Assembly: GCA_963663235.2 (NCBI GenBank)
Contig: CAXXNO010000006.1
Location: forward strand, 192,001-256,000
Origin: Dehalococcoidia bacterium
GTDB lineage: Bacteria > Chloroflexota > Dehalococcoidia > Bin125
Length of the DNA stretch: 64,000 bases
Direction: 5' to 3'
Translations under genes and position numbers: made by a program
The notes under the pieces: generated by a model
Seen by the model: the letters and a program-made list of their open reading frames with translations, nothing else
What the model was told of the DNA's origin: nothing
Databases searched by the model: none
Shown here: in pieces, positions 36,704 through 45,038 of the stretch
Numbering within the stretch: the stretch's first letter is position 1
How the letters are laid out: each line of letters opens with the position of its first letter

Positions 36704-37780
36704 GTGACCACGACCAGCGAACAAACCGAGCGAGAATCGCCGGCGGACGTGCTGGACCGTCTCACCGTGCCCGGCGAGCTGGTCGAAACCCTGCCGGCGG
36801 GGCGGGTGCGCTGCGTGGCGTGCGGACATCGCTGCCTGATCCCGCCGGGCGCGCGCGGCGTCTGTCGCGTGCGCTTCAACCGCGAGGGCGAGTTGCGCGT
36901 GCCCTCCGGCTACGTGGGGGCGCTGCAAGTGGACCCGGTGGAGAAGAAGCCATTCTTCCACTTTCTGCCCGGCTCCACAGCGCTGTCGTTCGGGATGCTG
37001 GGCTGCGACTTCCACTGCGGCTACTGCCAGAACTGGGTCACGTCGCAAGCGCTGCGCGACCCCGCGGCGGAGGGCGGCGCCCAGCCGGTGGAGCCGGCGG
37101 AGCTCGTGCGGACGGCGCTGGAGCGGGGCAGCCGCCTAGTCGTGAGCACCTACAACGAGCCGCTGATCACGTCGGAGTGGGCGGTCGCGGTGTTCAAGGA
37201 GGCGCGGCGGGCAGGGCTGCGCACGGCCTACGTGTCCAACGGCAACGCGACGGCGGAAGCGCTGGACTATATCGAGCCGTACGTCGATGCGTACAAAGTC
37301 GATCTCAAGTCGATGCAGGATCGGAACTACCGGCGGCTGGGCGGCGTGCTGGAGCACGTGCTGTGGACGATCCGTGCGGTCCACGAACGAGCGATGTGGC
37401 TGGAAGTGGTCACGCTGCTGGTGCCCGGCTTCAACGACAGCGACGACGAATTGCGCGAGGCGGCCGCGTTCCTGGCCGGAGTGTCGCGCGATATTCCCTG
37501 GCACGTCACCGCCTTTCACCCGGACTACAAGATGGTGGACCCCGAGCGCACGCCGACGCGGACGCTGCTCCGCGCCACGGAGATCGGACGGGCGGCAGGG
37601 CTGCGCTACGTCTACGCGGGCAACCACCCGGGGATGGTGGGCGAGTGGGAGAACACCCGCTGCCCGGGCTGCGACGCGACGCTGGTGCGCCGGTCCGGGT
37701 TCAACGTGCAGGAGCAGCGGCTGGACAGCGGCGGGGTCTGCCCCGACTGCGGCAGCCCGGTCGCCGGCGTCTGGGCCTAG
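36704..37780 (+). CDS. amrS: AmmeMemoRadiSam system radical SAM enzyme
   Basis: DPVEKKPFFH, CDFHCGYCQNW, TYNEP, WHVTAFHPDY. Confidence 0.9.
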   Translation: MTTTSEQTERESPADVLDRLTVPGELVETLPAGRVRCVACGHRCLIPPGARGVCRVRFNREGELRVPSGYVGALQVDPVEKKPFFHFLPGSTALSFGMLGCDFHCGYCQNWVTSQALRDPAAEGGAQPVEPAELVRTALERGSRLVVSTYNEPLITSEWAVAVFKEARRAGLRTAYVSNGNATAEALDYIEPYVDAYKVDLKSMQDRNYRRLGGVLEHVLWTIRAVHERAMWLEVVTLLVPGFNDSDDELREAAAFLAGVSRDIPWHVTAFHPDYKMVDPERTPTRTLLRATEIGRAAGLRYVYAGNHPGMVGEWENTRCPGCDATLVRRSGFNVQEQRLDSGGVCPDCGSPVAGVWA

Positions 37781-37864
37781 CGCGCTTCCGCGCCGCAGCG
37801 GCACGACGAGGGAAACGCAAGCGAGCGGACGAGGCAGCGCCCGCCGCCGGGGTCGCGCAAGCGA

Positions 37865-38248
37865 TCAGCGGCGCCTGAAAGCCCGGATCGTGCGCGTGAT
37901 CCAGAACACCACCCAGCCCGCCAAGACCAGCGAGGCTATCGTGATGCGGGTGCTGTCGACGATCTGGTGTACTCGGAGCTCGCTCGCGGTCAGTTCCAGC
38001 ACGGCCACCGGCCGGGCGCGAGCGCCCGCGCCGCCCCCGCCGCCTCCGCCCTCGCCGACGCCCTTGTGGCCGTCGCCGGAGCCGAAGCCGCCTCCGAACC
38101 CGTAGCCCGCCGAGACGCTGGCGAGGGGCACGATCAAGCGCCCCTCCTGCTGCTGGATCGGTCCCACCACCGCCGCGGCGTTCGCCATCTCGGTCACGCG
38201 AGCGGCCTGGCGCGGGATCTCGTTGAGGTCGAACCTGGATTCGGTCAC
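37865..38248 (-). CDS. YtfJ/GerW-like protein
   Basis: VPLASVSAGYGFGGG...GGGGGGG...RPVAVL. Confidence 0.8.
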   Translation of the reverse strand: MTESRFDLNEIPRQAARVTEMANAAAVVGPIQQQEGRLIVPLASVSAGYGFGGGFGSGDGHKGVGEGGGGGGGAGARARPVAVLELTASELRVHQIVDSTRITIASLVLAGWVVFWITRTIRAFRRR

Positions 38249-38541
38249 GCGTGTCTTCCCCACCTATCGATGATCGTGTGGCAAATGGCGGCCGTGAACA
38301 GGCCGGCCGCCGCCAAGGCCAGCACGGCGCGACCGGTGATATCGCCCACGGGAACCCATTCCACGCGGCCGTCGGGCCGCCGGACCGTGACCTGGTACGG
38401 GCGCAGGAGCCGCAGACCGCCATAGCGGCACTCGCCCAGCAGACCGAGGGCGTCCACCTGGATGGCGCCGACGTCGGTGTGGAGCGGCGGCGCCGGGATG
38501 CGGCCGATCCGCGCTTCGCCCATGCCGCCGGGAAGCTTCAT
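38245..38541 (-). CDS. hypothetical protein, C-terminal TM; probable divergent YtfJ-like partner
   Basis: 4-nt overlap with the downstream gene; RP..V.V...P..D.T pattern. Confidence 0.6.
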   Translation of the reverse strand: MKLPGGMGEARIGRIPAPPLHTDVGAIQVDALGLLGECRYGGLRLLRPYQVTVRRPDGRVEWVPVGDITGRAVLALAAAGLFTAAICHTIIDRWGRHA

Positions 38542-38554
38542 CGCGCCAATCAGC

Positions 38555-39244
38555 CTAGCACGGGTCCTGCGCGTCCCCGGAGGTTGCGAGGCGTTCGATG
38601 GTGTAGAGGACGGGGATGAGCACGAGCGCAGCCCATACCCAGCCGCCCAGAACGTCCGAGGGCCAGTGCACGCCGAGCGAGACCGCGGCCCAGGGCTGTA
38701 AGAAGACGGCGCCGAGGCCCCAGGTAGCGATGGGCAGGCGCAGCCAGAGCGGGCCAGGGATGCGCCAGCAGAGGTATAGCAGCAGCACCCCGGCGAGCGT
38801 GCCGCTCATCACGTGTCCGCTGGGAAAGCTAGACGAGGTGACGGATGCGTGCCGATCTAGCAAGTCCAGCGAGGGGCGGGGGCGGTCGACGGCGAGCTTG
38901 AGCAGCGCCTGCAAGGCGAAGGCCGGCAGGATCGCGGCGGAGAGCAGCGCCGCTCGGGGCCGACGGAGCGCGAGCAGCGCCACGACAACGAGGGCCACTA
39001 TCGCGAGGGAAGCCGGCGTGGAGCCAACATCGCGGAGGAAGCGGCCGAGGTCGCGGCCGGGCACGTCGTTCGCCTGCACCCAGCGGCCCACCGCGACATC
39101 GGCAGGGAAATGATCGGCCTGCGCCGCCCAGGCGGACATGGCGATCGCGCCGACGAGGAGGGCGATCCAGACGGCAAGCAGCAGCGTGCCGCTGGCGGGC
39201 CGGGGCGGGATCGAGGCCCAGGTTGCGTCAATCGTGGTGCGCAG
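38555..39244 (-). CDS. PAP2-family phosphatase (start uncertain)
   Basis: KLAVDRPRP, SFPSGH, LGVHWPSDVLGG. Confidence 0.85.
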   Translation of the reverse strand: MRTTIDATWASIPPRPASGTLLLAVWIALLVGAIAMSAWAAQADHFPADVAVGRWVQANDVPGRDLGRFLRDVGSTPASLAIVALVVVALLALRRPRAALLSAAILPAFALQALLKLAVDRPRPSLDLLDRHASVTSSSFPSGHVMSGTLAGVLLLYLCWRIPGPLWLRLPIATWGLGAVFLQPWAAVSLGVHWPSDVLGGWVWAALVLIPVLYTIERLATSGDAQDPC

Positions 39245-39267
39245 GGGGCGGCTCCGCTCGGCCGCAT

Positions 39268-39303
39268 CGTAACTTGGTGCGTAACTTGGTGCGTACCTTG
39301 GTG
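39268..39303. repeat. 12-bp tandem repeat x3
   Basis: CGTAACTTGGTG CGTAACTTGGTG CGTACCTTGGTG. Confidence 0.85.
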
Positions 39304-39377
39304 CGGGGGGAAGAGCAGGCGCCCGCCCGTGGGGAGCGGACGCATCCGGAGTTCGCGGTACACTGAAAGCGGTCGGA

Positions 39378-41195
39378 ATGGCGCACCTAGCATCCCAACA
39401 TCTTGGGTTTCGGGATCGACTTTCGCGGCGCGCTCTGCTGCGCGCGGCGGCGCGCGCGGGGGTCGGGGCGACCGCGCTCGCGGTCGCCGGATGCGGGGAG
39501 GAAGCGGAACCGCCGGAACTCAGTGAGCCGCCGGACCTGGAGACGCTCCTCCGGGAGGTGCAAGAGCCGATCAGGGCACAGCGGCCGCCGCTGCCGTCGG
39601 AGGGGGTCCCGGAGCGGGGGGGGACGTTACGGCTGCACACCGATCTCGACCTGCTGGACTTCTTCGACATCCATCGCTCGCGGTTCCCCACCACCCAGGC
39701 ATTCTCCGCCCTGCAGCAGAACCGGCTGATCCGCTACGCGGACATCAACGCCGGAATCATGGAGAGCGACCTGGCCGCGCTGCCGGAGATCCCGGAGGCC
39801 GATACGTACGTCTTTGAGCTCAAAGAGGGAATCCACTGGTGGGACCGGAACCCCACGAACGGCCGCCCGTTCACCACCGCGGACGTGCGCGCGAACTTCG
39901 AACGGCAGATCGCCGGCGTCGACGCAACGGGTGAGCCCGACCCGCTCTTCCAGCGGCAGGCCGCCTTCGCCGAGACCATGACGCTGGACGTGGTTGATGA
40001 GCGAACCCTGGTCCTGCAAACCGACGGGCCCAATGCGGCGTTTCTCGGCAGCGTCATCGCGGGGCCGTGGGCGTTCTTTCAAGCGCCGGAAGTGTGGGAG
40101 GGGAATGGAGACCGCCTGCGCGACGACCCGCTGCACGCGTCCTTCTACAGCGGCACCGGTCCATTCATCGTGGACCGATTCGTGGAAGGGAGCGCGATCA
40201 GCTTCCGGCGCAACGCCGCCTATTTCCGGGAGGAGTTGCCACGGCTGGACGCGATTTCGTACCAGAGTTTGACCGACCCAGCCCGGCAGGAGAGCGCCTA
40301 CCGCGAGGGGGAACTGGACCTCTGGAGCCCCGCCGACCCCCTGCTGCTGGAGCCGCTGGTGCGCGACCTGCCGGACCAGCGGCTCAGCGACCGCCCACTG
40401 CCGTTCGCCATCCAGGCGTCGTTTCTTTTCCGGAGTGGAGTGGGAGACAACCCCTACCGCGACCGCCGCCTGGCGCTGGCCGTGCACCTGGCGCTGAATC
40501 GATTCGCCATCGTCGCGGCCACCTACGGCGGATTCGCGCGGCTGAGCGGGCCGCAGCCGTGGTTCGCCGAGGGCTGGGCGATCCCAGAGGAGACCCTGCT
40601 GGAACTTCCCGGATACCGCCCGGACAAGAGCGAAGACATCGTGGAAGCGCGCCGCCTGGTGGACGCCGTGGGGCATCGGGAACCCCTGCCGCTGGTGGTG
40701 CCGGACGTCTTCGAGGCCACCTTCGCGGGCATCGGAGCGGTCATCCGCCAAAACCTGGAGGTGAACCTGGGGGTCCCGATAGAGATCCGGACAGCGAGCT
40801 ACGCCCAGATCATCACCGGGCTGCGTGAGGGGACGACGTTCGCCGCCCTGGGCTGGGGCGACGCCATCACGGACGCGGACCCCACGGCGGATCTCCTGCG
40901 GACCATGCACAGCGAGGGCGCGGACAACCTGGGAGGGTTTTCGGATCCGACGCTGGATGTGGCCATCGAGCGGATGCGGGCGACGCTCGACCGAGACGAG
41001 CGCCAGCAGATCTTTCGGGACGAGGTGCAGCCGCGCTTAAACCGGAGCCCCGCCTGGATCGTCAACGTGGCCAACGGGATCCAGCGCAGCATCAGCCGAG
41101 CCGCCATCCATCTCCCCGCCTCCGGCTTCGGCTGGGACCCACACCTGCTGGAGCAGGCGTGGGTGGAAGGCAGCGACCTGGACGAAGGCGCCTGA
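39378..41195 (+). CDS. ABC family-5 substrate-binding lipoprotein (Tat)
   Basis: SRRALLRAA...VAGC; paralogue of 3261-5189. Confidence 0.9.
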   Translation: MAHLASQHLGFRDRLSRRALLRAAARAGVGATALAVAGCGEEAEPPELSEPPDLETLLREVQEPIRAQRPPLPSEGVPERGGTLRLHTDLDLLDFFDIHRSRFPTTQAFSALQQNRLIRYADINAGIMESDLAALPEIPEADTYVFELKEGIHWWDRNPTNGRPFTTADVRANFERQIAGVDATGEPDPLFQRQAAFAETMTLDVVDERTLVLQTDGPNAAFLGSVIAGPWAFFQAPEVWEGNGDRLRDDPLHASFYSGTGPFIVDRFVEGSAISFRRNAAYFREELPRLDAISYQSLTDPARQESAYREGELDLWSPADPLLLEPLVRDLPDQRLSDRPLPFAIQASFLFRSGVGDNPYRDRRLALAVHLALNRFAIVAATYGGFARLSGPQPWFAEGWAIPEETLLELPGYRPDKSEDIVEARRLVDAVGHREPLPLVVPDVFEATFAGIGAVIRQNLEVNLGVPIEIRTASYAQIITGLREGTTFAALGWGDAITDADPTADLLRTMHSEGADNLGGFSDPTLDVAIERMRATLDRDERQQIFRDEVQPRLNRSPAWIVNVANGIQRSISRAAIHLPASGFGWDPHLLEQAWVEGSDLDEGA

Positions 41196-41522
41196 CGGGG
41201 GGGACACAGATCGGGGCGGCCCCCCCACTCTTATGGGCAGTTCGCCCGATGCGACGCTCCCGGCCGCGCCTGGACGCTGGCTCCAGGGCAGCGCGGGAAA
41301 GGCTCGCCGATGACGAAGCGGAACCCCAGCGACGACGTGGCCCGTCCGGCCGCCGTGCTGCTCTCGATCGACCGTGCGCTGGTCCCAGATCCGACGGTCG
41401 AGTCCTTGGTGATCGAAGGCGAGCGCGCGGTGGTGCGGTTCGTCGGAGGCGACGGGAGCGCGTCTCTGGTGCGGCTGACGAGGCAGGGCGGCCGCTGGCA
41501 GGTGGCCCGCCGTGGAAGCAGC

Positions 41523-42680
41523 TTAGTCGGCCGCGGTCATCACGGCGTCGGCCACAGCGCGGCCGAGGCCTTCCTCGAAGATGCTGGGCACGATTCGATC
41601 GGGCGTGGGCTCTCGGACAAAGTCCGCGATGGCCTCCGCCGCCGCGATCTTGCGGGCGTCCGTCATCTTCGGGATCCGGCCGTCCAGGAGGCCGCGGAAG
41701 ATGCCGGGGAAAGCCAGCGCATTGTTGATCTGGTTGGGGAAATCGGAGCGGCCGGTGGCGACGATCGCCGCGCCGGCCTCGGCCGCCAGATCGGGCATGA
41801 TCTCCGGCACCGGATTGGCCATGGGGAAGACGATCGCATCGCGGTTCATGGTGGCGATCAAGCCGGGTCCGACGAGGTCGGGCCCGCTCAGGCCCAGGAA
41901 GAGGTCCGCGCCGGGCAAGACGTCGGCGAGTTGGGGGATGCTGCCATCGGCGTTCAAGCCCCGATCGGTCCACTGGGAGGCCTCCCGCTTGAAGGGATTG
42001 ATGTCCTCGCGGTCGGGGGTGATCAGGCCCTTGCTATCGAGCAGGTGGATCTCCTGCATGCCGTAGGCGTGGAGAAGCTTGGCCACGGCGATTCCACCCG
42101 CTCCCGCGCCCAGGAACACGGTGCGGGTATTGCGCGGCTCGCGGTTGGTGAGTTTGAGGGCGTTGATCACGCCGGCCAGCGCCACCACCGCCGTGCCGTG
42201 CTGATCATCGTGCATCACCGGGATGTCGATCTGGTCTTGGAGCTTGCGCTCGACCTCGAAACATCGAGGCGCGGAGATGTCTTCCAGGTTGACGCCACCC
42301 AGGGAGGGGGCGATGGCCACCACGGCGGCCACGATCTCGTCGGGGTCGCGCACGGAGAGCGCGATCGCGATGGCGTCGACGCCGCCGAACTCCCGGAAGA
42401 GGACGCACTTGCCTTCCATCACGGGTAGTGCCGCGGTCGGGCCGATATCACCGAGGCCCAGGACGGCGCTGCCGTCGGTCACGACGGCGACGAGATTGCC
42501 GCGTCCGGTGAGCTCCCAGACCTGCTCCGGGTCGCGGTTGATCTCCATGCAGGGCGCGGCCACGCCGGGCGTGTAGACCACACTGAGATCGTGCTGGTCG
42601 GCGACGGCGGGACGGCTGCGGTAATCGATTTTGCCGCGCCAGGCGCGGTGCGCGTCGATGGCTTCCTGGTCAAAGTCCAT
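41523..42680 (-). CDS. NAD(P)-dependent malic enzyme
   Basis: YTPGVA, DGSAVLGLG, NLEDISAP, HDDQHGT, NQINNALAFPG. Confidence 0.95.
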   Translation of the reverse strand: MDFDQEAIDAHRAWRGKIDYRSRPAVADQHDLSVVYTPGVAAPCMEINRDPEQVWELTGRGNLVAVVTDGSAVLGLGDIGPTAALPVMEGKCVLFREFGGVDAIAIALSVRDPDEIVAAVVAIAPSLGGVNLEDISAPRCFEVERKLQDQIDIPVMHDDQHGTAVVALAGVINALKLTNREPRNTRTVFLGAGAGGIAVAKLLHAYGMQEIHLLDSKGLITPDREDINPFKREASQWTDRGLNADGSIPQLADVLPGADLFLGLSGPDLVGPGLIATMNRDAIVFPMANPVPEIMPDLAAEAGAAIVATGRSDFPNQINNALAFPGIFRGLLDGRIPKMTDARKIAAAEAIADFVREPTPDRIVPSIFEEGLGRAVADAVMTAAD

Positions 42681-42803
42681 GTGCTGGGTTCCTCAACAAT
42701 CGCTCGGTGTGCGCGCCACGGCGAAGCGTTGGATCGCAGGCGGGCCTCATCGTAGCGGGGCAGGGTGGGTACGGCCAACTCGATACTCGCCCGGCGTCGG
42801 CGT

Positions 42804-43160
42804 CTAGAGGACGAAGCCTTCCAGGACTCCGCGGTGAGCGCGGAGGACCAGCGTGTCTTCTTCGCGCCGCTCCACGATCAGGGGTCGCCGACAGACCGTG
42901 CAGGGCGTGACCTCCTTGCGTCGCAACGCACCTTTGGGCGGGACGCGCGCCACGGTGGGTTGCTTGCAGTAGGGACAGGTGGTCTCCCAACGGAGGCAGG
43001 CCCTGATGATGAGGTCGCCGCCGGGAGCGCGGGAGACGACCAAGTCGTAGCCGCAGTGGGGGCACTGCGTCACGACGCGTTTTGTGCGCCCGTCCGAGGG
43101 CGGAAGGCCGACTTCGGTCCGCTTCGTGCATTGCGGGCAGCGGATGGCTTTGGTGTCCAC
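42804..43160 (-). CDS. double zinc-ribbon protein
   Basis: CPQC/CPHC and CPYC/CTVC pairs in two similar halves. Confidence 0.75.
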   Translation of the reverse strand: MDTKAIRCPQCTKRTEVGLPPSDGRTKRVVTQCPHCGYDLVVSRAPGGDLIIRACLRWETTCPYCKQPTVARVPPKGALRRKEVTPCTVCRRPLIVERREEDTLVLRAHRGVLEGFVL

Positions 43161-43254
43161 AGCCTCGATCCTATCGCGGGATCCAGGCGCCCGCGGCCAC
43201 CCAGTCAGGAGGATTTGTGGACTTATCAGGAGGGCGCCGCTTACCCTGCATTAC

Positions 43255-44067
43255 GTGAACCGCCCCAGTCAGCGAATCCGGGCCCCACTCCGTCAACTGC
43301 CGGGCGGCACGACGCGCCTGCGCGGCTCGAGCGGCCGGCCGTATCGGCTGGATCGGCCCCTGCTGATGCCCAACCAGGGAAGCCGGTGGCAGCCCCCAGA
43401 CGCAATCTGGCGGTTCCGCCGCGGCCTGCTCCCGCTGGCCGCGCTGGCCGGCCTGGGCGTAGGGATCTTCCTGCTCGTCGATACCCTGCTGAACGACGGC
43501 GGCACCGACGAGAGCGCCGCGGATACGAGCGTCGCAGCGGCGAGTGAAGCGGCGCCGGAAGGGACCGTCGCGGAGGCGTCGGTGGAGGCTTCAGAGACGG
43601 CCGCAGCGGCGGCGACCGAGTCGCCCTCTGACGCGCCCCTTGACGGCAGGGCCGCGACCGCGGAGAGCAGCGGGGTGGAAGGGCAACCGGCGATCATTAC
43701 CCCCGTGGACCTCGACGGGGCGCCGGTGGTCGTCGATCGGGGGCACGCGATGCCGGTTCCATCGGGCGGCCCGCCGGACGCGCTGGCCGACGACGTTCCC
43801 TACGACCCTGCCGACAAGACCGTGGCGCTCTCCAGCATTTGGGGTCCGGGCACGGTCCTGGAGCTGACGCGCCTGCCCGGCGGCCCGCTCCTGGACGGCG
43901 AAGACGCCGAGCGGCTGATCGGCTCTACCATCCAAGTCGTGGTGGCGGGCACGGGGGAGTTCGCCACGGAGCTCCAGCTCAGCCCGGCGGCGTACCAAAT
44001 CCTGGCGCTGGTGTTCGAGCCGATCATCGCCGTGCACATCGAGGTGGTGGGTGTGCCGCCACGCTGA
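43255..44067 (+). CDS. hypothetical membrane-anchored protein (start uncertain, alternative 43366)
   Basis: TM helix, Ala/Glu linker, small C-terminal domain. Confidence 0.65.
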   Translation: MNRPSQRIRAPLRQLPGGTTRLRGSSGRPYRLDRPLLMPNQGSRWQPPDAIWRFRRGLLPLAALAGLGVGIFLLVDTLLNDGGTDESAADTSVAAASEAAPEGTVAEASVEASETAAAAATESPSDAPLDGRAATAESSGVEGQPAIITPVDLDGAPVVVDRGHAMPVPSGGPPDALADDVPYDPADKTVALSSIWGPGTVLELTRLPGGPLLDGEDAERLIGSTIQVVVAGTGEFATELQLSPAAYQILALVFEPIIAVHIEVVGVPPR

Positions 44068-44114
44068 GTGGGGCACTGCCAAAGCCTAACCGAAGCGGTA
44101 ATCAGGCAAACGAA

Positions 44115-44137
44115 GGGCCGGGTGCAAGACCCGGCCC
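44115..44137. terminator. hairpin between convergent genes
   Basis: GGGCCGGGT-GCAAG-ACCCGGCCC. Confidence 0.65.
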
Positions 44138-44159
44138 GTTTCGGCGGCGTGGCGATTGG

Positions 44160-44351
44160 TTAGATCCGCCGGCGACGTCCGAACGGTAGGCGGAGCTCCT
44201 CCCCATAATTGAGGAAGCGCTTGGACATGCCACACTTCGCGCAGATGCCGCGCGAGTACTGCGCGTCGGGTCTGTGTAGTTGCCAGTGGTGGGTGCAGTT
44301 GCGTCGGAGCGTGCGGACAGACACTTCCTGGATTGCCGACCTGTGCGCCAC
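44160..44351 (-). CDS. small CxHHW/CxxC zinc-binding protein
   Basis: CTHHWQL..P....S.G.CAKCG...RFLN; AAGGAG RBS. Confidence 0.78.
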   Translation of the reverse strand: MAHRSAIQEVSVRTLRRNCTHHWQLHRPDAQYSRGICAKCGMSKRFLNYGEELRLPFGRRRRI

Positions 44352-44459
44352 GGTGCGGGGGACTCCTTCCTGTGAGCCGAAACGGAGAGAATTCCGGCGT
44401 CAACCAGGCAGGGTTCCCGTCTAAATGACAGTCCGCCCCCAGTCCCGCCGCCGACCGGG

Positions 44460-44489
44460 AGTGTAGTGAACAGAACGGTGTAAATGCAA
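44460..44489 (-). promoter_or_regulatory. putative sigma70 promoter of the small Zn protein
   Basis: TTGCAT-N18-TACACT on the minus strand. Confidence 0.55.
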
Positions 44490-44508
44490 GGGGATTGACG
44501 TAAGGGAT

Positions 44509-44958
44509 CTAGGAGCGGGAGCGCTCAAAGAGCGTGTGGTATTTCTCGCCGCCGGCGAGCGCCTGGCGCAGGTCCTCGCGGTCCAGGCGGAAGAGGTCAT
44601 CGAGCGCCGCGCGGCAGTCGCTCTCGGCGGCGGGGTCGTCGATGCAGCGCTGGAGGATGCGGTCGAAGAGGCCGACGTCCACAAACGTCTCGACGCGGCC
44701 GCCCCAGGGGAGGAAGATGAACGATTCGGGGTCATTGAAACCGGGGCGGAGGTCGCGCAGTTGGCGGATGCGCTCCTGCGGCGTGCGCACGGGCGCCACG
44801 ACTCGGACATAAGGACCGGAGGCCTCGGAGCGGCGCGCATCGACGAGGAGGCGCTCGGAGAGCCAGGCGAAGCCGACCACCAGCACGTCCGCCTCATCGA
44901 TGACGCGAAGGGCATCGTCGAGATCAAAGCCGCCGGAGCCCGGCTGCTCAGGTGTCAT
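44509..44958 (-). CDS. hypothetical protein
   Basis: 149 aa ORF with globular composition filling the intergenic space. Confidence 0.75.
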   Translation of the reverse strand: MTPEQPGSGGFDLDDALRVIDEADVLVVGFAWLSERLLVDARRSEASGPYVRVVAPVRTPQERIRQLRDLRPGFNDPESFIFLPWGGRVETFVDVGLFDRILQRCIDDPAAESDCRAALDDLFRLDREDLRQALAGGEKYHTLFERSRS

Positions 44959-45038
44959 GGCGTCAGTATAGCGTCGGCCCCGGCCGGTTCGAGGCGGGCG
45001 TTTGACCTGAGAGAAGGGCGCTGCCACCATTCCCTCCC

